Virus record (IMG/VR): IMGVR_UViG_3300050196_000201
Coordinates: 1-46,628 of that record
Direction: 5' to 3' (one strand)
From: a virus
Length of the DNA stretch: 46,628 bases
Positions 14,543-23,684 of this stretch are shown piece after piece; positions within the stretch are counted from its first letter, which is position 1, and each line of letters opens with the position of its first letter. A model generated the notes under the pieces. That model saw only the letters and a program-made list of their open reading frames with translations. It did not search any database and was not told the origin of the DNA. Both the position numbers and the translations under genes were made by a program.

Positions 14543-14866
14543 ATGAGTACAAAAGCACATATACTAAATAATGCCTATTTAGAGGTATATAATAAAACGT
14601 CAGAGCCCCAAGATATATTTGGCAAGTTTACAGGCTTTAATATCTACATGATTATCGAGAACAATATCTTGAAGTCATTTAAGCTACAAGGTGAGTATAT
14701 CCATATTGAAGTAAAAGAAGGTTGGGAATTACCGCCTAAGTTTAAAATATGGGGCGGTAACGTCATAAATGCAGATTGGAATAGTGACGGCTTACTTATT
14801 TGCATTAAAGGCGGTACGCATACAGCTAAGGCTATTGAGAAACTAAATTTTGATTCATTAGGATAG
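14543..14866 (+). CDS. Hypothetical protein
   Basis: 107-aa ORF starting 3 nt after the upstream stop, followed by a terminator. Confidence 0.5.
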   Translation: MSTKAHILNNAYLEVYNKTSEPQDIFGKFTGFNIYMIIENNILKSFKLQGEYIHIEVKEGWELPPKFKIWGGNVINADWNSDGLLICIKGGTHTAKAIEKLNFDSLG

Positions 14867-14880
14867 AGTAAACCAAACTA

Positions 14881-14901
14881 AGTAGCTTCGGCTACTTTTT
14901 T
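14881..14901 (+). terminator. Intrinsic terminator
   Basis: AGTAGC-TTCG-GCTACT hairpin followed by TTTTTT. Confidence 0.7.
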
Positions 14902-14952
14902 AAGCAACTGAAAAAAATATTATGTAAAGTCACACGATATTCAAAAAGTGTG

Positions 14953-14960
14953 TATCTTTG
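14953..14960 (+). promoter_or_regulatory. -7 box TAtcTTTG ahead of the ParB/TET/terminase operon
   Basis: Exact TAnnTTTG 35 nt upstream of ATG 14995. The -33 element is weak. Confidence 0.45.
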
Positions 14961-14994
14961 CTTTTAATTAGTAATTAGTCTAAATAAGTTTAGA

Positions 14995-15579
14995 ATGAAA
15001 TTAAGTCAAATAAAACCTAATCCTAAGAACCCTCGTGTAATAAAAGACGATAAGTTTTTAAAGCTAGTTAATAGCCTTAGAGAGTTCCCTGAGATGATGG
15101 CAAAACGCCCTATGGTGTGCGTTACTGACGTAGATAGTAAGTTATACCCACTAGGTGGAAATATGCGCTTAAAGGCACTAATAGAGCTGCAATACAAGGA
15201 TATTCCTGACAGTTGGGTTTCTATTGCAGATGATTGGACAGTTGAGCAAAGGAATGAGTTTACAATTAAGGACAATTTGAGTTTTGGCGAATGGGATTTT
15301 GAACAACTAGCAAACGAATGGGATAGTGAGGAGTTGGGAAATTGGGGGCTTGATATGCCGAGCTTTGCAGCCGATATAGATTATTCAATCCTAAACGATA
15401 GCGATGTAAAAGACCAATTAGAAGATATGGCAAACGGTGTAAAGAAAGCCATTCAGATAGAGTTTGAGGTAGAGGATTATGAGTTAGCTAAGGAACTTGT
15501 AAAATTTTGGCGTGAACAAAAGCTTTACATAGGTGGGTTCATGATTGAAAAACTAAAAGCTGAAAAAGATAAGTTATGA
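14995..15579 (+). CDS. ParB-like nuclease (ParB/Srx fold) domain protein
   Basis: 'IKPNPKNPRVI' and 'LYPLGGNMRLKAL' correspond to ParB N-terminal domain motifs. Confidence 0.65.
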   Translation: MKLSQIKPNPKNPRVIKDDKFLKLVNSLREFPEMMAKRPMVCVTDVDSKLYPLGGNMRLKALIELQYKDIPDSWVSIADDWTVEQRNEFTIKDNLSFGEWDFEQLANEWDSEELGNWGLDMPSFAADIDYSILNDSDVKDQLEDMANGVKKAIQIEFEVEDYELAKELVKFWREQKLYIGGFMIEKLKAEKDKL

Positions 15580-16370
15580 TAAGAGTAGATTTAAATCAGA
15601 TTCAACACGCTTGTAAAGTTGGCGACCAATGCGACTATATTGAACCTAGCGTAAAAGACGATTGTGTTTTTTATGCTGACGGTATTCCAGTTGGTTTCTT
15701 TATGCGTTCAATGCCTGAAAAAGCGTCTAAGCTTGCAGACTTAGCAAATAACGAGTTTAGAAGTAAGGGCGTACCTAAGTCAGACATGAAACGTGCACCG
15801 ACTGATGGAATAGACGAGGCGACAGGTAAGTATAAATATAAGAATGTGGTAATTCAGCAAAGTACTATATTAGGAAGCGTACCACCAAAACCACACATGA
15901 AACGACCTTATCCAACTATAAGCAGCGTTCATGGTGTAAAAGGTGCGCAGACTTTTATTAAGGCGATGCTATTACTTGCAAAAGAAAGTGAAAGTATTAT
16001 ACAAGATATTCTACCTGAGCAATACAAACATCAAGTAGAGTTATTTAAGAAAGTGCCTGATAAATGGAAGTTTGGCAACCTATTTACAAGCTCTATTTCT
16101 AATTACAATATAGCAGCGGCATATCATCGTGACGCTGGCAACATAGAAGGGGCGGTTAATGTAATAATCACTAAACGCTTAAATTCAAAAGGCGGTTGTT
16201 TGAATATTCCCGACTACGGTGCAACTATTGACCAGTGCGATAATTCTATTTTAGTCTATCCTGCATGGAGAAACTTACACGGAGTTACGCCAATCATACC
16301 GACATTTGAAGGGGGTTACAGAAACAGTTTAGTATTCTATCCCTTGAAGGCTTTTGTTGGTTTAGATTGA
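15576..16370 (+). CDS. TET/JBP-family 2OG-Fe(II) dioxygenase (predicted 5-methylcytosine oxidase)
   Basis: 'AAAYHRDAGN' (HxD), 'GGCLNIPDYGATI..NLHGVTPI' (distal His) and 'YRNSLVFYPLK' (2OG Arg) parallel TET 'HRD', 'GGVAIAP..ELHATTP' and 'RxSLVFYQHK' as I recall them. ATGA overlap with the ParB ORF. Confidence 0.8.
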   Translation: MIRVDLNQIQHACKVGDQCDYIEPSVKDDCVFYADGIPVGFFMRSMPEKASKLADLANNEFRSKGVPKSDMKRAPTDGIDEATGKYKYKNVVIQQSTILGSVPPKPHMKRPYPTISSVHGVKGAQTFIKAMLLLAKESESIIQDILPEQYKHQVELFKKVPDKWKFGNLFTSSISNYNIAAAYHRDAGNIEGAVNVIITKRLNSKGGCLNIPDYGATIDQCDNSILVYPAWRNLHGVTPIIPTFEGGYRNSLVFYPLKAFVGLD

Positions 16371-16399
16371 TTCTAAATAACACCGAAATTACACCGAGT

Positions 16400-16819
16400 A
16401 TGAATAAGAAAGATAATTTAAAAGAAGCTTGGCAAAAAGGGCAAAGCGGAAATCCAAAAGGACGTCCCCCGAAGCTTATTACAGGAACTATAAAAGACCT
16501 TAAAGAGCAAGGCTACCAACCCGCAACAGCAGGGCAAATAAGAGAGGCTAGCGAGTATCTTATTACACTAGATAGGGAAAAGCTTACTGAGATAACGAAA
16601 GATGAGATACAGCCAATGTATTTGCGTATTGTGGCGAAGGAGTTACTAGGTAAGAAAGGTTTAGATGTGGTAAATACTATTTTAGACCGTGCGCATGGAA
16701 AACCAAAACAAGGCGTTGAACATAGCGGCGAAGGTGGAGGGGCTATTTTACTTGATTTTACACCAAAAGTAGTTTCTAGTACAAAAGATTTAGCAACAGA
16801 TGAAAAGGACTTAGACTAA
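16400..16819 (+). CDS. terS: Terminase small subunit candidate
   Basis: 'WQKGQSGNPKGRPPK' motif is typical of small terminase-like proteins, and the ORF lies immediately upstream of TerL. The ORF-track start at 16367 is TTG and the first ATG is 16400. Confidence 0.55.
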   Translation: MNKKDNLKEAWQKGQSGNPKGRPPKLITGTIKDLKEQGYQPATAGQIREASEYLITLDREKLTEITKDEIQPMYLRIVAKELLGKKGLDVVNTILDRAHGKPKQGVEHSGEGGGAILLDFTPKVVSSTKDLATDEKDLD

Positions 16820-18000
16820 TGTTTAATAGCTCAATATTGTTTCAAAGGCTTATAGAGTGTGATAAGCGCACAATAGTACTGCAAGGTGGAACTTCAAGCG
16901 GTAAAACTTACAGTACCCTGCAATATCTCTTTTGGCTTGCGGTGCAAAATAAGTTAGTAATAACAGTAGTTGGTCAGGATTTGCCTAACTTAAAAGTAGG
17001 TGCGATTAGGGATGCTGCAAATATAGTGGCGAGTAGTGAGGCGTTAAGAACATTGATAGATAGATATAACCATTCTGAAAACATATACAGGTTTAAAAAT
17101 GGTAGTGTAATGGAGTTTAAGTCGTACAAAGATAAGCAGGACGCACAAAGCGGCAAACGAGATGTTTTATTTGTAAACGAGGCGAACGGTATTGAGTGGG
17201 ACGTTTTCCAACAGTTAGAGATTAGGACTAAGATAAAAGTGATAATTGACTATAATCCTAGCTCACGATTTTGGGCACACGACAGGCTAATAGGGCAACC
17301 CGATACACAATTATACATAAGCAATTACCAACATAACCCATTCTTAGATAAACAGGTAATTATAAACATTGAAAAGAATAAGCCTAAGCCCAATGAAACA
17401 GACGAGATACTTCTAAACTGGTGGAACGTTTATGGACTTGGTAAAACGGGTGTTGTAAGCGGTCAAATTATCAAGCGTGTTTACGATGCTAACGAATTTC
17501 CCGAAGGCTGCATAAAGGTCGCTTACGGCTTAGATTTTGGATTTAGTAATGACCCGACAGCATTAATCAAATGCGGGCTATACGAAGGCGAAATTTACGC
17601 TATGGAGGTAATTTATGAGGCGGGCTTATTAGGTACGGATATAGAGCGGTTAATGATTGAGGCGGGTGTAAATAAGAGAGAGCAGATATTTGCAGATGTA
17701 GGAGGCGGTGGGGATAGATTAATTGCAGAACTAAGCCGCAAAGGTTGGAATGTGAAAGCAGCGGAAAAGGGGGCGGGTTCGATTGAGTACGGTATAGACT
17801 TGGTAAACCGTTACCGCTTGAATGTGGTACGAGGTAGTAGGAATTTAAAGAGAGAGACGGAGCGATATATCTATAAGTCAAACGGTAAGCCGATAGATAA
17901 CCATAATCACGCAATAGATGCGATACGCTACTATGCGTTAATGATGATAGACGAAACAAAACAAAGAAAAGCACAAGTACTAAACACCTATTCAATATAA
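16819..18000 (+). CDS. terL: Terminase large subunit
   Basis: Walker A 'LQGGTSSGKT', 'LFVNEA' Walker B-like motif, C-terminal nuclease-like region. Size and position are typical. Confidence 0.85.
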   Translation: MFNSSILFQRLIECDKRTIVLQGGTSSGKTYSTLQYLFWLAVQNKLVITVVGQDLPNLKVGAIRDAANIVASSEALRTLIDRYNHSENIYRFKNGSVMEFKSYKDKQDAQSGKRDVLFVNEANGIEWDVFQQLEIRTKIKVIIDYNPSSRFWAHDRLIGQPDTQLYISNYQHNPFLDKQVIINIEKNKPKPNETDEILLNWWNVYGLGKTGVVSGQIIKRVYDANEFPEGCIKVAYGLDFGFSNDPTALIKCGLYEGEIYAMEVIYEAGLLGTDIERLMIEAGVNKREQIFADVGGGGDRLIAELSRKGWNVKAAEKGAGSIEYGIDLVNRYRLNVVRGSRNLKRETERYIYKSNGKPIDNHNHAIDAIRYYALMMIDETKQRKAQVLNTYSI

Positions 18001-18002
18001 TT

Positions 18003-18290
18003 ATGTGTGTAAATTGCAATCAAAACAGCCCGCTACCACAAATGACAGAAGCGGAATTGAAACAATGGGAAGACGACTACCTGAACGGTCGTCTAGTTTA
18101 TCCTACCTTAAAAGGTGGTGTTAAGTCAGTATCTCGAAGTGTCGAGCCCGAAACACCACAAAGCGAGCCAAGCGAAAAAGAGATGTTAGCTGCGATACTA
18201 AGACAAAAGGGTATTAAATTTAAGCTTACTCAATCAGTAGCCACATTACGCCAATTACTTGACCAATCAAACGAAAGCAATGCTAGTTAA
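18003..18290 (+). CDS. Hypothetical protein
   Basis: 95-aa ORF starting 2 nt after the terL stop. Confidence 0.45.
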   Translation: MCVNCNQNSPLPQMTEAELKQWEDDYLNGRLVYPTLKGGVKSVSRSVEPETPQSEPSEKEMLAAILRQKGIKFKLTQSVATLRQLLDQSNESNAS

Positions 18291-19188
18291 ATTAAGTGAC
18301 GGTAACTCTATCAAAGTGCCTTTTAGTGCATCGGATATAACCAATAAACAATACTACGACTTTATCGAGTGTGAAAAGCCTGTTTATAAGGCAACACGCA
18401 TAAATGACGATGTTGGCAGTTATGAACTTGCTTTAAGCGAGGAAGACTACGCTATACATATCATTAACGCCGTAAGTAAGATTTGCGGCGATGTTAGCGC
18501 ATTACCATTTAAACATGGTTTTGATTTTGACCCAAATGTTGAAGGTATCACTTTCGGCTTACAGCTTACGGTTCGTGCCTTATATTATCAAATTAGCGGC
18601 TTAATTAATCAGTTGCGCCCTACTTTGAATATCAATAAAAACCATACAGTTGATTTTGAATTTAAAGGCGAAAAATATGAAATCAATAACGCTGCATTAG
18701 TAAACTCCGCACGAGTGCAAGCTGACACGTTAGGCATTAAAGCGCACGACTTAACGACTGGTGAATTTGTAGAGGCTAGTATGGTATGTAAAGCCATTGC
18801 CGCTATTTCAGACCGTGCAACGCCAAACGATAAGCACTTCTTAGATTCTAATCTTTGCGCTATCCTTTGCCGTAAGCGTGGCGAAAAGCTACCAAGCGGC
18901 GTTACGGAGCGTGAGTTGTTTATTACTGAACGTGTAAAGATATTTGAGGACTTGGATATGCAAACGGTGTGCAATATCTCTTTTTTTTTCGAGAGTACTA
19001 TGCAAGTCTATTTGACAGCGATAGTACAAAGTATCTACGACAACCGAGAAACCCGCAGGGCGACCCAGAAAACATCAAAGCGCAAGCAGAAGCAAACGCA
19101 GAAGCAACCAAAAAGCACAATAGATACGGAGCCCAAAACTACTACCAAGCCGCAATCTCAAAAGGCTGGTTTACAAAAAGTGGTCTAA
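18280..19188 (+). CDS. Structural-module protein, zero-frame product (the ORF-track start at 18259 is TTG; ATG at 18280)
   Basis: Long ORF. After the T9 run its zero-frame tail becomes K/Q/T low-complexity sequence, while the -1 frame looks protein-like. Confidence 0.5.
   Translation: MLVKLSDGNSIKVPFSASDITNKQYYDFIECEKPVYKATRINDDVGSYELALSEEDYAIHIINAVSKICGDVSALPFKHGFDFDPNVEGITFGLQLTVRALYYQISGLINQLRPTLNINKNHTVDFEFKGEKYEINNAALVNSARVQADTLGIKAHDLTTGEFVEASMVCKAIAAISDRATPNDKHFLDSNLCAILCRKRGEKLPSGVTERELFITERVKIFEDLDMQTVCNISFFFESTMQVYLTAIVQSIYDNRETRRATQKTSKRKQKQTQKQPKSTIDTEPKTTTKPQSQKAGLQKVV
18981..19027 (+). other. Candidate -1 programmed frameshift cassette
   Basis: Heptamer T_TTT_TTT (18981-18987) in the zero frame, a 7-nt spacer, and a 7-bp stem GTACTAT/ATAGTAC (18995-19001 / 19021-19027). 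Confidence 0.5.
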
Positions 19189-19265
19189 CGCCGTTTGAGA
19201 GTGTTTTTTATACACCATTTAGAGACGTAATTTATTGCCTAGAATTAGATGCAGCATTACAATAA
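18987..19265 (+). CDS. -1 frame C-terminal extension of ORF 18280 (no ATG of its own)
   Basis: The frame is open to 19265 and ends 3 nt before the next ATG (19269). The only in-frame start in the ORF track is GTG 18969. Confidence 0.45.
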   Translation, partial: FREYYASLFDSDSTKYLRQPRNPQGDPENIKAQAEANAEATKKHNRYGAQNYYQAAISKGWFTKSGLTPFESVFYTPFRDVIYCLELDAALQ

Positions 19266-19268
19266 AAC

Positions 19269-19871
19269 ATGAATGATATTCAATTAAGAGCCTTAGTGCT
19301 TAAAGTTATAAAAGAAACTGTTACAGATACTCCGATTAATGGATTTGCTAACGCATCGCATCAAAGTGACTATAATACCGACAACTTAAATAAGTCATTT
19401 AAAGAGTATGAGAGTGGCGAATTTTGGGCGAGGGAATGGGAAGTTGCAATGAATAGCGGCGCATCGGGGCGTGATACGTTGAAAAAAGAATATCCTTTAC
19501 TAATGATGCGTATTGGTAATGATAGTTTTATGCCTAACTTGATTCATTTTGGTAAAAGTCAAAATAACTTTAAGGCATACTTTGAAATAAGTATTGCAGT
19601 AGGATGCTTTGACTTAACGATAGGGCAAATTGATAAGCGACTTAAATGTATTGCTAAACGCTTTATATTTGAGTTGCTTAATTTGCGTTTAGTGAATAAT
19701 GTTTGGACTATGTATAATGATAATAATAAGCGTGAAAAGTCGCTTTTTCAAGAGCATATAGTCAATTCAGAGTTTCAATTACAGATAGCTCCTGATAAGG
19801 TTGGAACTGATAATGTTCGATTAATTGAATTTGAAATAGACTTTAAAAACTGCGAGCTTGAATCATGTTAG
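19269..19871 (+). CDS. Hypothetical virion/tail-associated protein
   Basis: Lies between the terminase and tape-measure genes. No motif recognised. Confidence 0.5.
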   Translation: MNDIQLRALVLKVIKETVTDTPINGFANASHQSDYNTDNLNKSFKEYESGEFWAREWEVAMNSGASGRDTLKKEYPLLMMRIGNDSFMPNLIHFGKSQNNFKAYFEISIAVGCFDLTIGQIDKRLKCIAKRFIFELLNLRLVNNVWTMYNDNNKREKSLFQEHIVNSEFQLQIAPDKVGTDNVRLIEFEIDFKNCELESC

Positions 19872-20407
19872 ACCTTACGGAATTTATAAAGAAAAACTTC
19901 AATGATATGCTACTCTTTTTGATTGGTATAGCAAAGGAAGAGATAAAAGCGCAAGGGCATAGCCTTACAGGTAAGCTAGAACGGTCACTAAGAACGGATA
20001 TAAGTATCAGTCTAGGCACGTTTAGCGGTAAGGTTATGGTAGAGGACTACGGCATTGCAGTTGATACTGGCGTAAAATACCGCAAAATACCGTATAAAAA
20101 GGGGAGTGGCGCAACAACTAGCAAATACATAGATGCTTTGGTAAAATTCTTTCAGTTGAGAGGCTTAGACCCAAAAAGGGCACGAGGGGCGGCATTTGCA
20201 ACGGCTCATGTTCAAAAATACAGACGTGAGGGTATGCCTACAAGGGCAAGTTATAGGTTTAGCTCTAACGGGCGGCGTACAAACTGGCTAAGGCGTACCA
20301 TTATGAAAAGTAATATCAATCAATCATTAAAAATCCTAAAACTATCTCTATTTGTGCAAAATGCCGTACAAACAGCGGTAACAAGGGGATTACAAAGCGC
20401 ACGATAA
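19865..20407 (+). CDS. Hypothetical virion/tail-associated protein
   Basis: Overlaps the upstream ORF by 7 nt, directly upstream of the tape measure gene. Confidence 0.5.
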   Translation: MLDLTEFIKKNFNDMLLFLIGIAKEEIKAQGHSLTGKLERSLRTDISISLGTFSGKVMVEDYGIAVDTGVKYRKIPYKKGSGATTSKYIDALVKFFQLRGLDPKRARGAAFATAHVQKYRREGMPTRASYRFSSNGRRTNWLRRTIMKSNINQSLKILKLSLFVQNAVQTAVTRGLQSAR

Positions 20408-20408
20408 G

Positions 20409-23400
20409 ATGGCTGAGGTAATAGCATTTGAGATACAAATAAACGGCATTCAAACAGTCGTTAGCAATGTTGAGCAGCTTAATCAAGCGGTTCGGCAAAC
20501 GCAAACGGCATTCCGCAACGCTACATTTGGAACGCCTGAACGTGCAGCTTTACAGACGCAATTAAACCAACTAACAGCGGCACAAACTCAACTAAACCAA
20601 CAGCAAAGGGCGGCAGCAGCGGCTACTGGCTTGGCAGTTGGTTCGTATCGTGCTATGAACTTAGAACTAGGGCAGCTTAGGACTAGGTATAGAGACTTGT
20701 CAGCAGAAGACCGCAACGGCACAATAGGGCAAAACCTACAAAGACAGATACAAGGGTTAAATACTGAACTTGTACGGCTTGATGCAGGTATTGGTAACTA
20801 TCAAAGGAACGTCGGTAACTATGCAAGTGCCTTTAAGGGGCTAGGTGGAGTATTTGCAAACGTCTTAGGAGGTCTAGGAATTGGTTTTGGTATAAAAGAA
20901 TTAGGGGAATTAGCTCTACAATCTGAAAGTTACGCACGTAAAAGTGCAACTGTCTTAGGAGATAGCCTAGGGTACGTAACAGAGCAAGCGCAAAACAACG
21001 CCGCTGCAATGGGCTTGACTTCTAAACAGTATGTAGCAGCAGCAACAGACCTTGCAGACTTATTAATCCCTATGGGTTTTGGCCGTCAAGAGGCGGCTAA
21101 ATTTAGTACTGGATTAGTTGATTTATCGGGGGCTTTATCAGAGTGGACTGGTGGACAAAAAGACGCTAAACAGGTAGCTGATATTTTGCAAAGTGCAATA
21201 CTTGGAGAGCGTGAACAGTTGAAAGGATTAGGCATATCTATTTCAGAGGCTGATGTAAAAGCGCAGCTTGCAGTAAATGGACAAGATAAGCTAACAGGCG
21301 CATTATTACAACAAGCGCAAGCGCAAGCTACCTACCAACTTATACTTGCAAAAAGTACAGATGCACAGGCGGCATTTGCTAGTGGCGCAGATAGCCCTAT
21401 TCGTGCATTAGCTCAATTCAAAGCACAAATATTTACAGCTATTGAGTTATTAAGTGTAGGTTTATTAGGTGGTTTAGAATTGGTAATAAGTGCGCTTAAA
21501 GGGCTTGCTAACTTCTTAGCCGAAAATAAAATAGCTTTAATGGCTGCGGGATTAGCCGTAGCGGCTTATGCTGCGGCATTGAATAGTACTAAATCTGCAT
21601 TGCTTTTATTTGAGGCAGCGCAAGCGGCTAACACATTAGTTACAAATGCTGCGGCGGTTGCTCAAAAAGGGCTTAGTTTAGCTATGGCGGCAGTCCCATA
21701 CGTGGCAGTTGGACTTGCTGTATATGGTTTAGTTACTGCTATGCAAGCGTGGTTTGGTGCGACAGAGCAACAAATTAAAACGCAAGAAATACTACTTGCA
21801 TCTCAAAAGGAATTATCTGACGCATACGCTAGCGAGGCGCAAAGTGCTGCGGAGTTATTCGCTATTGCTAAGAGTGACGTATCAAGTAAAGAGCAAAAAG
21901 CGGCGGCGGTTCAAAAAATCATAAACCTATATTCTGACTACTTAGGTGGGTTTAGAACTGAAACCGATATACTAAATAACCTTGATGCAGTACAAAAAAG
22001 CGTCAATAAGGGTATTTTGGACGGAGCTATTGCTAGAATTAAGGCTCAAAAAATACAAGAAGCTACTGCAAGCCTTATAGATTTTGAGCTTAAAAAACAG
22101 CAGCTTTTGTTTGAGTTCCAGAAGCAAGGCATTGACGCAAATAGTAGTTTTGCCGCAACGGCATTAAGTCAATTACAGGGGAATATAGACGATGTAAAAA
22201 AGAGAATTGCGGACTTACCTACGTTCTTATCTAAGGTGGGTGAGGGGTTGTCTAATCAGAACATTGACTTTACAGGTATAAGTGTTTCAGACGACCAAAT
22301 AAAAGAGGTTCAAAAGCAGCTTAAAGAGGTTGCTGCAATTCGCTTTGCTTATTCTCAACGCTTTGGTAAAGAGCTAGAAGGTGAGGCGAAAGACCGATAT
22401 GATTTTCTAGTAAGTGAAGAAAAGCGTTTACAAGCTGAACGCCAAAAGCTTATTGATTCAACGCTTAACGGCGAACAACAGGCGGCACAAAAAAGCGTTG
22501 CAATTACAGCGGAAGCCGAGGCAAAAAAAGAAAAGGTAAAAGGTGGCAAAGCGGGCAAAACAAAGGAAATAGAAACTCTTGAAAGTTTACAGGCTAAACT
22601 AATTGAGCTACAAGCCAAACTAAGCAGCCTTAAAGATACGCCGTCTAAAATACCGACAAGCCTTTTCGATGATATTTCTAAAACTAAAAAGGAAATTGAC
22701 GAACTAACCGAAAAGTTGCGTAAGGCGGGTTTATTACCAAACGCTGCAAACAAAGATGTACCGTTAGAAATAAAGCTCGATACGACAGATGCAAAGAAAA
22801 GTTTAGCGGAATACTTAGCCGAAAAAGAAAAGGCTAATAAAGAGGCAAATGATAAGCAGTTAGCGGACGATATGCAAACCAACAAAGAAATGTTGGAGCT
22901 TAAACGTGCGTCAGATGAAGCGGCAGCAAAAGCAGAAGTAGAAAAGCGCAAAGAAACTAATCAATTACTACTCAATAGTGCCTTAGATTTAGCCCGTGAA
23001 ATATCAGACACAGTCTTTCAAGTCCAAAAAGAGGCAAACGATAGGGAATTGCAGAGTAAAACAGCGGAATTAGAAGCATCTCAAAAAGCTGAACTAGATT
23101 TGGCTGGTAACAATGCAAGCCTTACAAGTGCGATAAACGAACGCTATGCTGAACAAAAGGCAGAATTAGACCACAAAGCATTCGAAGAGAATAAGCGTTT
23201 AGCAATTGCACAGGCTTTAATTAATGGCGCATTAGCAGCAACAGCGGTTTTTACCGTACCAGACTTTACATTTGGCGTGGCTACTGCAATTCGATTAGGC
23301 TTTATTGCTGCGAATACCGCTATACAGGTAGGTGCGATTAGTGCCCAAAAGTTTGCAACAGGTGGCTTAGTACAAGGTAGTGGCACAGATACAAGTGATA

Positions 23401-23684
23401 ATATCCCTGCTTTACTTAGTCCGAAAGAGTTTGTTGTTAGGGCGGCGGCGGTTCGTGCTATTGGCGTGGATAACCTAAATACAATTAATCAGACTGGCAG
23501 CCTTGCAAGCATTGCCAATAACTTACCTATCCCATTGGCAGGACAAACAGGATTAAGCCAAAGGGATATAAACGCAATAGTTGCGGGAGTAAAAGAAGGG
23601 GCTTATCAAGGTACGCAAAGCGGTACACATGATGGCTTAGTGCAAGTCAATCGTGAATTTAATGTAATAAATAAATTGAAATAA
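20409..23684 (+). CDS. Tail tape measure protein
   Basis: 1091 aa with A/Q/L-rich coiled coils, central hydrophobic segments and Gly-rich stretches. It is the longest ORF in the genome. Confidence 0.85.
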   Translation: MAEVIAFEIQINGIQTVVSNVEQLNQAVRQTQTAFRNATFGTPERAALQTQLNQLTAAQTQLNQQQRAAAAATGLAVGSYRAMNLELGQLRTRYRDLSAEDRNGTIGQNLQRQIQGLNTELVRLDAGIGNYQRNVGNYASAFKGLGGVFANVLGGLGIGFGIKELGELALQSESYARKSATVLGDSLGYVTEQAQNNAAAMGLTSKQYVAAATDLADLLIPMGFGRQEAAKFSTGLVDLSGALSEWTGGQKDAKQVADILQSAILGEREQLKGLGISISEADVKAQLAVNGQDKLTGALLQQAQAQATYQLILAKSTDAQAAFASGADSPIRALAQFKAQIFTAIELLSVGLLGGLELVISALKGLANFLAENKIALMAAGLAVAAYAAALNSTKSALLLFEAAQAANTLVTNAAAVAQKGLSLAMAAVPYVAVGLAVYGLVTAMQAWFGATEQQIKTQEILLASQKELSDAYASEAQSAAELFAIAKSDVSSKEQKAAAVQKIINLYSDYLGGFRTETDILNNLDAVQKSVNKGILDGAIARIKAQKIQEATASLIDFELKKQQLLFEFQKQGIDANSSFAATALSQLQGNIDDVKKRIADLPTFLSKVGEGLSNQNIDFTGISVSDDQIKEVQKQLKEVAAIRFAYSQRFGKELEGEAKDRYDFLVSEEKRLQAERQKLIDSTLNGEQQAAQKSVAITAEAEAKKEKVKGGKAGKTKEIETLESLQAKLIELQAKLSSLKDTPSKIPTSLFDDISKTKKEIDELTEKLRKAGLLPNAANKDVPLEIKLDTTDAKKSLAEYLAEKEKANKEANDKQLADDMQTNKEMLELKRASDEAAAKAEVEKRKETNQLLLNSALDLAREISDTVFQVQKEANDRELQSKTAELEASQKAELDLAGNNASLTSAINERYAEQKAELDHKAFEENKRLAIAQALINGALAATAVFTVPDFTFGVATAIRLGFIAANTAIQVGAISAQKFATGGLVQGSGTDTSDNIPALLSPKEFVVRAAAVRAIGVDNLNTINQTGSLASIANNLPIPLAGQTGLSQRDINAIVAGVKEGAYQGTQSGTHDGLVQVNREFNVINKLK

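Noticed and set aside
22355-23386. Minus-strand ORFs 22355..22951 and 23144..23386 (also 2006..2314, 8586..9067, 11428..11684, 15006..15275, 16974..17156, 17600..18019, 18609..18974, 31027..31431 and others)
   Set aside because: All are antisense to long, well-supported + strand genes (tape measure, terminase and others). They have low-complexity or Ser/Cys/Ala-rich translations typical of shadow ORFs.
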